A DNA stretch of 63,040 nucleotides, the filler included, from Anaerolineae bacterium (GTDB lineage: Bacteria; Chloroflexota; Anaerolineae; B4-G1; DUEL01): the NCBI GenBank assembly GCA_041082215.1. It is 5 parts of 5 records of this genome, joined end to end, with 100 filler letters (N's around TTAATTAATTAA, not from the genome) between each part and the next. Parts side by side here need not be neighbours in the genome. Positions count along the whole stretch, not along the records: positions 29,798 to 54,326 come from JBDOIF010000071.1; 4 more parts are not named here. One strand, 5' to 3'. The notes beneath the pieces are model-generated. The model searched no databases and was not told the origin of the DNA. It saw only the letters and a program-made list of their open reading frames with translations. Position numbers and translations under genes: made by a program. Shown piece after piece: positions 30,350 to 40,020 of the stretch (positions are counted from its first letter, which is position 1; each line of letters opens with the position of its first letter).

Positions 30350-32461
30350 GTGATCAAACTCATAAGATTGCTGGTGTTCCTCTCTCTCCTCCTGGTTCGC
30401 CCTGCTCCTGCCATCCCTACCCCTTTTTCCACCACCACCCTCGTCCTCCCCACCTACCCCTACCACCACTGCCTCCAGACCCGCTCCAACGGCCCCTACA
30501 CCTACCGGCGGCTGGATTGGGGCTGCTACGGCAACCCTACCCCCAGCCCCCGCCCCTACACTCTCCTGATGATGGAGAACCCGTACCTGCGCGTGACGGT
30601 GCTGCCCGAGCTGGGCGGACGGGTCTACCAGATGGTCTTCAAGCCCACCGGTCACAACGAGCTCTACCAGAACCCGGTGGTCAAGCCCACCCACTGGGGT
30701 CCTCCCGAACAGGGCTGGTGGCTGGCAGTCGGGGGGATCGAGTGGTGCCTGCCGGTGGAGGAGCACGGCTACGAGTGGGGAGAGCCCTGGTCCTGGTCCG
30801 TCCTCACCTCCACAGTGGGGGTCACGGTGACGGTGCGGGATACCAGCGCCACGGACCGGCTCCGCGCCGCCATTGACCTCTTCCTCCCCGCCGACCGGGC
30901 CTATCTGGCGATCACCCCCCACCTGGAGAACCCCACCGGCAATAATCTCCCCTACAAGTTCTGGCTCAACGCCGCCCTCGCCCCCGGGCCGGAGAACCGG
31001 CCCACCAGGGGACTCCAGTTCATTTTCCAGGCCGACGAGATGGCGGTCCACTCCACCGGCGACTGCCGCCTCCCCGGCTGCTGGCCCACCCAGCCCACCG
31101 GTCCCAACTACCGCTTCTCCTGGCCCGCCTACAAGGGCACCGACTTCTCCCGTCTGCGCAACTGGCGTGAGTGGTTGGGCTTCTTCGAATACCCCCACGC
31201 GTCAGGCGACTTCGTCAGCGTCTATAACCACGACGCACAGGAAGGAGTGGTCCGGGTCTTTCCCTCCCACGTGGCCCGCGGGACCAAGGGGTTCGGCTTC
31301 GGCTGGTCGGACCCCATTGACTGGCATCTGTGGACCGACGATGGCTCCGGCTATGTGGAGCTTCACGGCGGAGTGGCCCCTACCTTCTGGGATACGGCGG
31401 TGCTGACCGCCTGGGCCATTCTCTCCTGGACCGAGTACTGGTATCCGGTCGGCCCCATCGGCGCCCCCTCCGCTGCTACCGCTGAGGCTGCGCTGGGGGT
31501 GCGGGAGGAGGGCGGCCGCCTCTACGTGGGCCTCCACCCCACCGGCCCCCATCCGGCGGGGGATGGGACCCTCTACATATGGGATCGGTCCACCTGTGGT
31601 GAGCTGGCGCGTCGGGAGCTGCCCGCCGTCGGCCCGGATGCCCCCTTCATCGCCTCTGTGCCGTCCGACGGGTATGGGCCGGAGGAGGTGTCGGTGGCTT
31701 ATATGGACAGGGAGGGCAACCTGCTGGCGGGGTTCAACCCCACCGACTGCCTGCTCCCCCGAGCGTGGGTGGAGCCGCTACCGCTGTGGGTGGGGACCAC
31801 CGACTTCACCGTCACCTGGTCCGGGGAAGACGCCTGGAGCGGGGTCGCGGCCTACGATGTGCAGGTCCGCGACGGCTACGAGGGGGTATGGACGGACTGG
31901 ATCACCGGGACGGCCGCCACTGCTGGCCTCTTCACCGGCCTCCACGGCCACACCTACTTCTTCCGGGCCCGCGCCCGCGACGGGGCGGGCAACGTGGGGA
32001 CGTTCACCGACGAGGAGTGGGGGCAGGCTTTCACCACAGTGCTTACCCAGCCGGCCCCCGTCCTGGTCACCTCCCGCAAAGAGGCCCTTCCCCCTCTCTT
32101 TCCCCCGGGCCAGCCTGTCTCCTGCACGCTTCTCATCAGCAATACCGGCAATCTCACCGCCACCGCCGTGCTGACGGACACGCCGCCGTCAGAGATGGCC
32201 GTGCTGACAGAGACACTGGCGGCCACCGGCGGCCCCCCGCCGGGCTATGCGGATGGGGCCGTCCTCTGGGCGGGGGACGTGCCGCCGGGGGCTGAGGTGA
32301 GGGTGACCTATACTCTTTCTCCCACGCTCTCCACTCCCCTGCTCGTGCCACTGACCAGCACCGCCCGGATCGAGGGCAGCGTCCTGGGTCCCATCATCCG
32401 TCGGGCGACCGTGATGCAGGCCCGCCTGCTGCGGTTGCCTTTTGTGGTACGGGAGTGGTAG
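30350..32461 (+). CDS. Secreted DUF5107-like protein with Fn3-like and DUF11-like domains
   Basis: Signal peptide; ENPYLRVTVLPELGGR; SGVAAYDVQ...YFFRARARD; C-terminal RLPFVVR. Confidence 0.75.
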   Translation: MIKLIRLLVFLSLLLVRPAPAIPTPFSTTTLVLPTYPYHHCLQTRSNGPYTYRRLDWGCYGNPTPSPRPYTLLMMENPYLRVTVLPELGGRVYQMVFKPTGHNELYQNPVVKPTHWGPPEQGWWLAVGGIEWCLPVEEHGYEWGEPWSWSVLTSTVGVTVTVRDTSATDRLRAAIDLFLPADRAYLAITPHLENPTGNNLPYKFWLNAALAPGPENRPTRGLQFIFQADEMAVHSTGDCRLPGCWPTQPTGPNYRFSWPAYKGTDFSRLRNWREWLGFFEYPHASGDFVSVYNHDAQEGVVRVFPSHVARGTKGFGFGWSDPIDWHLWTDDGSGYVELHGGVAPTFWDTAVLTAWAILSWTEYWYPVGPIGAPSAATAEAALGVREEGGRLYVGLHPTGPHPAGDGTLYIWDRSTCGELARRELPAVGPDAPFIASVPSDGYGPEEVSVAYMDREGNLLAGFNPTDCLLPRAWVEPLPLWVGTTDFTVTWSGEDAWSGVAAYDVQVRDGYEGVWTDWITGTAATAGLFTGLHGHTYFFRARARDGAGNVGTFTDEEWGQAFTTVLTQPAPVLVTSRKEALPPLFPPGQPVSCTLLISNTGNLTATAVLTDTPPSEMAVLTETLAATGGPPPGYADGAVLWAGDVPPGAEVRVTYTLSPTLSTPLLVPLTSTARIEGSVLGPIIRRATVMQARLLRLPFVVREW

Positions 32462-32495
32462 GGGAGCGGTTTACCGCCGGTTTTGTGGGCATAGT

Positions 32496-32687
32496 GGGCA
32501 TATTTCCATTTCGGGGCGAGTGGTCCTCTCGCCCGCCGGTGGATCGCGAATCCCACGGATGGTCCGAATACAGCGAACAGGAGGGATACCTGCTCCATTC
32601 GCGGTATTCGTTTCCATTCGCGCCATTCGTGTTTCCCCAGGTCCGGCCCAGGCCAGGGACATCTCGCCCCCAAACTGAAATACACCT
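32496..32687 (+). mobile_element. MITE family B copy 3 (192 bp)
   Basis: Same TIRs and core; perfect 8-bp TSD GGCATAGT. Confidence 0.92.
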
Positions 32688-32703
32688 GGCATAGTAAGGC
32701 AGA

Positions 32704-32732
32704 TTGACAGCCGGGGCGGGGCATGGTAGAAT
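32704..32732 (+). promoter_or_regulatory. Promoter of the tRNA/tmRNA cluster
   Basis: TTGACA, 17 bp, TAGAAT with an upstream TG. Confidence 0.75.
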
Positions 32733-32767
32733 GGAGTTGCGCTGGGAAGCCATCTCCCCGCGAGAAT

Positions 32768-32854
32768 GGAGGGATGGCCGAGTGGACAAAGGCGGCAGTC
32801 TTGAAAACTGCTGTGGCCGCAAGGTCACCGGGGGTTCGAATCCCTCTCCCTCCG
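32768..32854 (+). tRNA. tRNA-Ser(TGA)
   Basis: GGAGGGA acceptor, CT-TGA-AA loop, long variable arm. Confidence 0.95.
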
Positions 32855-32875
32855 CAGCAAACCGGATAAGAGCCG

Positions 32876-32967
32876 GGGGAGGTGCCAGAGTGGACGATTG
32901 GGGCCGCCTGCTAAGCGGTTGTGGGGGTAAAACTCCACCCAGGGTTCGAATCCCTGCCTCCCCGCCA
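32876..32967 (+). tRNA. tRNA-Ser(GCT)
   Basis: GGGGAGG/CCTCCCC acceptor, CT-GCT-AA loop, GCCA end. Confidence 0.95.
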
Positions 32968-32971
32968 GCGT

Positions 32972-33048
32972 GCCCCCGTGGCTCAGATGGATAGAGCGTC
33001 TGGTTGCGGACCAGAAGGTCGCAGGTTCGAGTCCTGCCGGGGGTACCA
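32972..33048 (+). tRNA. tRNA-Arg(GCG)
   Basis: Anticodon stem TCTGG/CCAGA, loop TT-GCG-GA, ACCA end. Confidence 0.92.
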
Positions 33049-33080
33049 GGAGCGCAAGGCTGTGGCCTCTGCCTCCCCCT

Positions 33081-33464
33081 GGGGATGAAAGGCTTCGACG
33101 GGGAAGGCTGGTCACGGATGGCGAGCCGAGGGGCTCCGGCCTCGTTAACAACGGAGCATCACCCAAGAGTGCCAACAATTGGGCTGCTATTCCCGTCGCC
33201 GCCTAGTGCGGCAGTGGGAAAAACGGACCGCCCCGTGCGGTCCCGCCCGCCCCGGCCTCGCGCTGGTGGGTCGGGGGCCGGGTGTCAGAGAGCCAGCGTG
33301 CGGCGGCCGGACGCCGATAAGGCCGCTTGAGACATCTCTCGGCTGGTCCCGGGTGTAGCGCGGTCGGCGGCGACTCCCCGGGCGAGAGGAAAGGGCCGAC
33401 TACGCTCGTAGAAGTCTGTGGCCGAGTTCTCCGGACGCGGGTTCGATTCCCGCCATCTCCACCA
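33081..33464 (+). ncRNA. ssrA: tmRNA; tag (A)ANNWAAIPVAA*
   Basis: 5' GGGGATGAAAGGCTTCGAC; 3' GGTTCGATTCCCGCCATCTCCACCA; tag ORF 33171-33206 ends AA-stop. Confidence 0.95.
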
Positions 33465-33465
33465 C

Positions 33466-33496
33466 AAAGGGCCGGTCCCTTCTGGACCGGCCCTTT
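33466..33496 (+). terminator. Intrinsic terminator after tmRNA
   Basis: AAAGGGCCGGTCC-loop-GGACCGGCCCTTT. Confidence 0.8.
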
Positions 33497-33596
33497 CCGA
33501 TAAAAAACCACGGAGCCAAAGAGGGCGCGGAGAAGTGCTAAGGGGCTTCCTCCAGGGGAACCCTGTGTTCTCCATATCTCCGTGGTTTGAGGTGAG

Positions 33597-34115
33597 ATGG
33601 AAAGGCGTGTTGTCCTCATCACTGGCGAGCGGGGGGTGGGCAAGACCACCCTCTGCGGGCGGGCCGTCGAGCTGGCCCGGGCAGCGGGCCACTCCTGCGG
33701 CGGGCTGCTGACGCGGACTGCCAGGGGAGGCGGACGGGTGGTGGTGGATGTGCGCACCGGCGATGCCCGACCGCTGACCGTCACCGAGGGGGGAGTCGCT
33801 ATAGGCTGCTACCGCCTCGACCCGGCGGCGCTGACCTGGGGGGAAGGAGTGCTGGCCCGGGCCGTCCCTTGCGACCTGCTGGTCGTTGACGAACTGGGGC
33901 CGCTGGAGGTGGAACGGGGAGAGGGGTGGACGAAAGCGTTCGACCTTCTCCGCACCGGCTCCTTCCGCCTCGCCCTTGTCGTGGTCCGCCCGGAGCTGGT
34001 GGCTGAAGTCCTGCGGCGGCTGGAGCTATCCCCCTCCGCCGTGGTGGAGGTGACCCTCCAGAACCGGGACCGGCTCCCAGCGGCGCTGGTGAAGGGATTG
34101 GGACCGGCCGGATGA
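33597..34115 (+). CDS. THEP1/NTPase_1-like P-loop NTPase
   Basis: ITGERGVGKTT and LLVVDELGPLE. Confidence 0.85.
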   Translation: MERRVVLITGERGVGKTTLCGRAVELARAAGHSCGGLLTRTARGGGRVVVDVRTGDARPLTVTEGGVAIGCYRLDPAALTWGEGVLARAVPCDLLVVDELGPLEVERGEGWTKAFDLLRTGSFRLALVVVRPELVAEVLRRLELSPSAVVEVTLQNRDRLPAALVKGLGPAG

Positions 34116-34119
34116 CCGG

Positions 34120-34491
34120 CTATTCACCTTTCAGGGCCGCCTGTAGCGCCCGCAGCGCCACCAGCGCACATTGGGTCCGCGCCCGACCCAGCTCCACCCC
34201 CAGCAGTGCCTGCACGTCCCCCTCCGCCAGCTCCCTCAGCTCCCCCAGGCTCTGACCGTGGATATGCTCGGTCAGCATCGAGGCGGACGCCATCGAGATG
34301 ATGCACCCATCCCCCTCAAACGCCGCCTCAGTCACCCGCCCGGCCCTGTCCAGATGCAGCTCCAGCCGGACCCGGTCTCCACAGACGGGGTTATCCGCCT
34401 CTCCCACCCGGTCGGGCCTTTCCAATCGGCCCCGATGGCGGGGGTTATGGTAGTGGTCCAGGATCCGCTCGCGGTAGGGAGATTGGGCCAC
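34120..34491 (-). CDS. SufU/IscU-like U-type Fe-S protein (copy 2)
   Basis: ILDHY, NPVCGD, GCIIS and RTQCA. Confidence 0.88.
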   Translation of the reverse strand: MAQSPYRERILDHYHNPRHRGRLERPDRVGEADNPVCGDRVRLELHLDRAGRVTEAAFEGDGCIISMASASMLTEHIHGQSLGELRELAEGDVQALLGVELGRARTQCALVALRALQAALKGE

Positions 34492-34494
34492 AGG

Positions 34495-34869
34495 TTACCC
34501 CTTCAGCCTCTGGAGTCCTGCCCGCAGAGCAACCAGCGGCGTAAGGGCGCAGCGACGGCGGCTGGGGCCGACCGGGGCGTCCAGTAAGGTCAGCACCTCC
34601 TCCTCGGTGAGGGCTGCCAGCTCCTCCAGCGACCTGCCCTTGATGTACTCGGTGAAGAGGGAGGTGGAGGCCATGCTGATCATACACCCCTCTCCTTCAA
34701 AAGCGACCTGTTCGACCCGCCCTGTAGAATCCAGCGCGATCTCGATATGGACCTGGTCGCCGCAGGAGGGGTCATCGGCATCGGCGACAATGTCGGGGTT
34801 TTCCAATCGGCCCCAGTTCCGCGGATGGGCGTAGTGATCGAGGATGTGTTCCCGGTAGAGGTCTTCCAT
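34495..34869 (-). CDS. SufU/IscU-like U-type Fe-S protein (copy 1)
   Basis: ILDHY, DPSCGD, GCMIS and RRRCA. Confidence 0.88.
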   Translation of the reverse strand: MEDLYREHILDHYAHPRNWGRLENPDIVADADDPSCGDQVHIEIALDSTGRVEQVAFEGEGCMISMASTSLFTEYIKGRSLEELAALTEEEVLTLLDAPVGPSRRRCALTPLVALRAGLQRLKG

Positions 34870-34874
34870 TCCGC

Positions 34875-36104
34875 CTACGCTTCCTTGCCCAGCGCCCGGG
34901 CGGCCTTTTCCAGCGCCTCAGCCAGCCGGTCGGCCTCGTCGGGGGAGTTGTAGAGGTAGAAGCTGGCGCGGGTGGTGGCCGTCAGGCCCAGGCGGGCGTG
35001 GAGGGGCTGGGCGCAGTGGTGGCCAGCCCGCACCGCCACCCCCTCCAGGTCCAGCAGATGGGCCAGGTCATGGGGATGGATCCCCCGGAAGGAGAAGGCG
35101 ACCACCCCGCCCCGGGCCCGGGCCGGCGGCCCCACGATCTGCATTCCCGGCAGCGCCGAGAGCCGTTCCATCGCATAAGTTACCGTCTCCCGTTCGTGGG
35201 CGGCGATTGCCTCCATTCCGAACCCCTCCAGATAGTCCACCGCCGCCCCCAGCCCGATCCCCTCGACAATGGCGGGTGTGCCGGCCTCGAACTTCCACGG
35301 CAGGTCGTTCCAGGTGGCCCGGTGGAATTCCACCCGCCGGATCATATCCCCGCCGCTCAGGAAGGGGGGCATTGCCTCCAGCAGCTCCTCCCGACCGTAG
35401 AGGACCCCGATGCCGCTGGGGCCGCACATCTTGTGGCCGGAGAAGGCCAGGAAATCGCAGCCCAGCTCCTGCACATCCACCGGCAGGTGGGGGACTCCCT
35501 GCGCTCCGTCCACCAGCACCACCGCTCCCACCGCGTGGGCCCGCTCCACCAGCTCCTTTGCCGGCGTGATCGTCCCCAGCACGTTGGACATCATCGTGAA
35601 GGCCACCAGCCTCACCCGTTCGTCCAGCAGCTCGTCCAGCCGGTCCATCTGCAGAAAGCCGTCGTCGGTGATGGGCAGGTAGACCAGCTCCGCCCCTTTC
35701 TCCTGGGCCAGAAGCTGCCAGGGGACCAGGTTGGAGTGGTGTTCCATCTCTGTCAGGAGGATACGGTCGCCGGGGCCGATGTTGGACCGCCCCCACGAGT
35801 AGGCGACCAGGTTGATGGACTCGGTGGTGTTGCGGGTGAAGACGATCTCCTCCCTCACCCGCGCGTTGATGAAAGAGGCCACCTTGTCTCGCGCCTCTTC
35901 GTAGGAACAGGTGGCCTCCTCGCTGAGGGTATAGACCCCCCGATGGACGTTGGCATAACACTCCCGATAGGCCCTCTCCATCGCCTCCAGCACCGCCAGG
36001 GGCTTCTGGGAGCTGGCTGCGCTGTCGAGGAAGACCAGAGGTTTGCCGTGGACCTGACGGGAGAGGATCGGAAAATCGGCCCGGATCCGATCTACTTTCA
36101 GCAT
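34875..36104 (-). CDS. sufS: Cysteine desulfurase, group II
   Basis: LDSAASSQKP, SGHKM, FEAGTP and RAGHHCAQPL. Confidence 0.95.
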   Translation of the reverse strand: MLKVDRIRADFPILSRQVHGKPLVFLDSAASSQKPLAVLEAMERAYRECYANVHRGVYTLSEEATCSYEEARDKVASFINARVREEIVFTRNTTESINLVAYSWGRSNIGPGDRILLTEMEHHSNLVPWQLLAQEKGAELVYLPITDDGFLQMDRLDELLDERVRLVAFTMMSNVLGTITPAKELVERAHAVGAVVLVDGAQGVPHLPVDVQELGCDFLAFSGHKMCGPSGIGVLYGREELLEAMPPFLSGGDMIRRVEFHRATWNDLPWKFEAGTPAIVEGIGLGAAVDYLEGFGMEAIAAHERETVTYAMERLSALPGMQIVGPPARARGGVVAFSFRGIHPHDLAHLLDLEGVAVRAGHHCAQPLHARLGLTATTRASFYLYNSPDEADRLAEALEKAARALGKEA

Positions 36105-36145
36105 ACGTTTGCCCTCCGAAACTCGAAACCTGTGCGAAGACAGCC

Positions 36146-36195
36146 GCAGGATAGCCTTCCCAGGCCGTCTGGGCAGGCTGGAAAGCCCGCCCCAC
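36146..36195. repeat. REP-like inverted doublet (GTGG-type)
   Basis: Minus-strand GTGGGGCGGGCTTTCCAGCCTGCC faces a degenerate partner GCAGGATAGCCTTCCCAGGCCGTC. Confidence 0.55.
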
Positions 36196-36429
36196 GACTT
36201 CTTGGATAGACTCTCGTTCGATCTTCAGGGCCGGGGAAGCTCTGGAGGCTCTGGCAAGAGTATAGCACACTCGGCCCAGCACGCAACCATCCTGCCCTTT
36301 TTCGTTATCTCCCTCTGCTTTTTTGACAGGGCAGGAGGGCCATGGTATAATGCACGCAAATTGCACATCCGTTGTGGAAGTGAACAGAGCGGTCGCTCTA
36401 CAGTCAATTTTATGCTTAAGGAGCGGATG

Positions 36430-36750
36430 ATGAGTGAGAACCAGACACCCCTTTCCGAACAGGAGCTGGAGCGCGTTCGGGATGCCCTCAGGGACGTGTA
36501 CGATCCCGAGATCGGCATCAGTGTTGTGGACCTGGGGCTGGTGCGGAAGATCGAAGAGGTGGAGGGAGAGCTTCACATCACGATGATCCTCACCGCTCCG
36601 TTCTGCCCGTTGGCGGGGATGATCCTGGAGCAGGCCCGTGCAGCAGCCCAGGCGGTCACCGATCGGCCGGTGCGGGTGACGCTGGGGACGGAGCGGTGGA
36701 ACCCCTCGATGATGACGGAGGAGAGCCAGCAACGGCTCGGCTTCGGTTAA
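36430..36750 (+). CDS. DUF59 / SufT-like Fe-S assembly protein
   Basis: VYDPEIGISVVDLGLV and LTAPFCP; AAGGAG RBS. Confidence 0.9.
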   Translation: MSENQTPLSEQELERVRDALRDVYDPEIGISVVDLGLVRKIEEVEGELHITMILTAPFCPLAGMILEQARAAAQAVTDRPVRVTLGTERWNPSMMTEESQQRLGFG

Positions 36751-36762
36751 AGGAGGAAGGGT

Positions 36763-37764
36763 TCAACGGGTCCCCTGTTCCCGCAATCGGGCCGCCTTCC
36801 CCACCTCTCCCCAGCGCACTCCCTCCAGGCCCATAAAGAGCAGCCCGGCCAGGGTCACCGGGACGAGCAGGATGGCGTGGAGCGCCAGCACGTAGCTCCC
36901 CGCCGGTGCTGAAGGGGCACCGATCCCCTCCAGCACTTTGATCCCCAGCTCGAAGGTGCCGATGTAGCCGGGGAGGGAAGGGAGCGCTGTCAGCAGGTTG
37001 ACCGCGCCCCCCATCAGCATGATCCCCGCATAGGGCAGGCGCAGCTCGAAGGCCAGGCTGACCAGCCAGTACTTGAACGTCTCCAGCACCCACACCCACA
37101 CCGTCACCCCGAAGAGCACCCCTACATCCCGCCCGCTGCGGAGGCCCCTCAGCCCCTCCACCACCCCCTCGACGAATCGGAGCAGGGGGGGACGGAGGGG
37201 GGCCGGGATGAGACGGCCGATCAGGGCGTGGGCCAGCCGCCGCAACAGATCCGGCCGGGCAGCCAGGAAAAGGAAAACCGCCAGCGCACCAAAGAAGACC
37301 AGACTGGCGACGGCGACCAGCCGGCCCAGGAAGGCGGACATCGGGACGAAGAGCAGGCCAAAGAGGACAAAGATGACCATCGTCAGCCCGTCGAACAGCC
37401 GCTCCACCACCGCGGTGGTCAACGTGGCCCCCACATTGACCCCTTCCTTCCGCCAGAGGATGTAGGCCCGCAGCACCTCTCCCAGCCGGAAGGGGAGGAT
37501 GTCGTTCCCCATGTAGCCGATGACGACGATGGGGAAGAGGCGGCTGGCGGAGAGGGGCTTGCTCCCCCGCAGGAGGAAGCCCCACCGCCAGCTACGGAAC
37601 CAGACGGAGATGAAGTAGACGATCACGCCGGGGAGGACCCACCAGTAGCGGGCTGTCTTCAACGCCGCCCACACCTCCGGCAGGTGCAGGTCGCGGAGGG
37701 CGATCCAGAGAAAGAAGAGGCTGACCACCAGGCCGAGGAAGAGTAAAAGCCAGCGTCGTCTCAT
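36763..37764 (-). CDS. Lysylphosphatidylglycerol synthase TM (flippase-like) protein
   Basis: ILPFRLGEVLR, ERLFD and PGYIGTFE; multi-TM. Confidence 0.85.
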   Translation of the reverse strand: MRRRWLLLFLGLVVSLFFLWIALRDLHLPEVWAALKTARYWWVLPGVIVYFISVWFRSWRWGFLLRGSKPLSASRLFPIVVIGYMGNDILPFRLGEVLRAYILWRKEGVNVGATLTTAVVERLFDGLTMVIFVLFGLLFVPMSAFLGRLVAVASLVFFGALAVFLFLAARPDLLRRLAHALIGRLIPAPLRPPLLRFVEGVVEGLRGLRSGRDVGVLFGVTVWVWVLETFKYWLVSLAFELRLPYAGIMLMGGAVNLLTALPSLPGYIGTFELGIKVLEGIGAPSAPAGSYVLALHAILLVPVTLAGLLFMGLEGVRWGEVGKAARLREQGTR

Positions 37765-38540
37765 GCGCCGCTCTTTTCACGGCGGCTGCGGGGGGAGGAA
37801 GACGTTTCCCTCTGCTGTAGCGCCTCGTAGAGGACCACGGACCCGGCCACGGCGGCGTTGAGGGAGGTCACCCTTCCCCGCATCGGCAGCTCTACCAGGA
37901 AGTCGCACCGCTCCCGCACCAGTCGTCGCAGCCCCTCCCCCTCGCTCCCCACGACCACCGCCAGCCCTCCCCGCAGGTCGGCCTGGTCGTACCGGATGGC
38001 CCCCCGCACCGCTTCCAGCCCGACCACCCAGACCTCCCGTCCCTTAAGCTCCTGAAGGGTCTCCGGCAGGTTGGGGACCTGGGCGATCCGCAGGTGCTCT
38101 GCTGCTCCGGCGGAGGCGTGGACCACGGCGGGCGTGACGCCGGCCGCCCGCCGCTTCTGGATCACCACCCCGTGGACCCCCACCGCTTCTGCTGTGCGGA
38201 GCAGCGTCCCCACATTCTGGGGGTCCTGCACAAGGTCGAGCAAAAGCAGAAAAGGCGGCTCGCCGCGCTGACGGGCCGCCACCAGTATCTCATCCAGAGT
38301 GACGTAGGGATACTCGCTGACCTCCAGGGCCACTCCCTGGTGGTTTACTTCTCCCAGCCAGTCCAGGTGCCGTCGGGGAACCCGTTCGACGGGGAGCCGC
38401 GCCTCCTCGGCCAGGGTCAGGATGTCGGTCAGGACCTCTGTAGCGCGGACGGTATCGGCCAGGATCAGCCGGAAGAACTGGCGGCGTCTGGCCCGGAGGG
38501 ATTCGTAGACGCTGTTGCGGCCGTAGAGGGTTTCACGCAC
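37761..38540 (-). CDS. rlmB: 23S rRNA G2251 2'-O-methyltransferase
   Basis: YGRNSV, DPQNVG, GSEGEG and SLNAAVA SpoU motifs. Confidence 0.93.
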   Translation of the reverse strand: MRETLYGRNSVYESLRARRRQFFRLILADTVRATEVLTDILTLAEEARLPVERVPRRHLDWLGEVNHQGVALEVSEYPYVTLDEILVAARQRGEPPFLLLLDLVQDPQNVGTLLRTAEAVGVHGVVIQKRRAAGVTPAVVHASAGAAEHLRIAQVPNLPETLQELKGREVWVVGLEAVRGAIRYDQADLRGGLAVVVGSEGEGLRRLVRERCDFLVELPMRGRVTSLNAAVAGSVVLYEALQQRETSSSPRSRREKSGA

Positions 38541-38546
38541 AGGCCC

Positions 38547-39998
38547 TTACCTCTCCAGACGCCAAGCCGGCCCCTCCGGTCGGTCCTCCACTATGATCCC
38601 GAGCTCCGCCAGCCGGCTGCGCAGCTCGTCGGCCCGGCCCCACTCCCTGGCCGCCCGGTACTCCTGTCGGATCCCCAGGATGATGTCCATCAGCCCGTCC
38701 AGCAGCTCCCCTGCCACTCCTGGCGGCTCCAGCTCATCCGGGATAATCCCCAGCACCTGCCCGCCCAGCTCCCGGAAGAACTGGTCAATGGTCGCCAGCG
38801 TGCCCCGGCTGATGGGCTTTTCGGAATCGAGCAGCCGGTTGATGGCGCGGGCGAAGTCGTACAGCGCCGCCAGCGCTTTCGGCGTGTTGAAGTCGTCGTC
38901 CATCGCCTCCAGGAAAGCCTCCCGATAGGGGTCCAGGTCGGCGATATAAGAAAGGTCCGCCGTTCCCTCCAGCGAGGCATCCTTCATCTTGGCCCGGATG
39001 GCGCGGACGGTGTTGTGGAGCCGGCGGACCCCCTGTTCTGCTGCCAGCATGGCCTCCCGGCTGTAGTCGAGCGGCCCCCGGTAGTGGGCGGAGAGGACAA
39101 AGGCCCGGATCGCCTCGGGGCTGTAGAGCTTCAGCGCGTCCTTGATGGTGAGGAAGTTGCCCAGGCTCTTGCTCATCTTGACCCCGTTCACCGTCAGCGA
39201 ACCGACCAGAATCCAGTAGCGGGCAAACGGTTTGCCGGTGCGTGCTTCCGCCTGGGCGATCTCGCATTCGTTGTGGGGGAAGATATTCTCCAGCCCTCCG
39301 CCGTGGATGTCGAAGGTCTCCCCCAGGTACTTGGTCGCCATCACCGAGCATTCGATATGCCAGCCCGGGTATCCCCAGCCCCAGGGGGATGGCCAGCGGA
39401 GGATATGTTCTGGCTCTGCCCGCTTCCACAGAGCGAAGTCGGCCGGGTGGCGCTTCTCCTCCCGGACGGCCACCCGCGCCCCCGGTTCCAGCTCTTCCAC
39501 CTTTCTCCCCGAGAGCTTGCCGTAATCGGCGAACTTCTCGACGGAGAAGTAGACGTTCCCGTCCACCTCGTAGGCGTATCCCTGCTCCAGCAACGACTGG
39601 ATCCACTCGATCTGCTCGGGGATGTGGCAACTGGCGCGGGGGGAAATGTTAGGGCGGATTACCCCCAGGGCGTCCATGTCTTCAAAATAGGAGCGCATGT
39701 AGGTCTCCACCAGCTCCATCGGCTCCACCCGCTCCCGACGCGCCCCCTTGAGGATCCGGTCCTCCCCCGTATCCAGCAGGTGTCCGACGTCGGTGATGTT
39801 CTGGACGTAGCGGACCTTATAGCCCAGGAAGCGCAGGTAGCGGACCACCACGTCCATGGCGACGTACAGTTTGGCGTGGCCGAGGTGGGCGTGATCGTAC
39901 ACAGTTGGCCCGCAGACGTACATATGGACCCGCCCGCGTTCCAGCGGCTTAAAGGTCTCCTCTTCCCGGCTCAGATAGTTGTAGACTCTCAGGGCCAT
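38547..39998 (-). CDS. cysS: Cysteine--tRNA ligase
   Basis: [21 protein letters not shown] and KMSKS. Confidence 0.97.
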   Translation of the reverse strand: MALRVYNYLSREEETFKPLERGRVHMYVCGPTVYDHAHLGHAKLYVAMDVVVRYLRFLGYKVRYVQNITDVGHLLDTGEDRILKGARRERVEPMELVETYMRSYFEDMDALGVIRPNISPRASCHIPEQIEWIQSLLEQGYAYEVDGNVYFSVEKFADYGKLSGRKVEELEPGARVAVREEKRHPADFALWKRAEPEHILRWPSPWGWGYPGWHIECSVMATKYLGETFDIHGGGLENIFPHNECEIAQAEARTGKPFARYWILVGSLTVNGVKMSKSLGNFLTIKDALKLYSPEAIRAFVLSAHYRGPLDYSREAMLAAEQGVRRLHNTVRAIRAKMKDASLEGTADLSYIADLDPYREAFLEAMDDDFNTPKALAALYDFARAINRLLDSEKPISRGTLATIDQFFRELGGQVLGIIPDELEPPGVAGELLDGLMDIILGIRQEYRAAREWGRADELRSRLAELGIIVEDRPEGPAWRLER

Positions 39999-40020
39999 AC
40001 CCTTTCCTCCAGCAGAAGTC

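Noticed and set aside
33465..34115. Integrative element at the tmRNA or tRNA 3' ends
   Set aside because: No integrase or duplicated 3' att fragment was seen; housekeeping genes follow.
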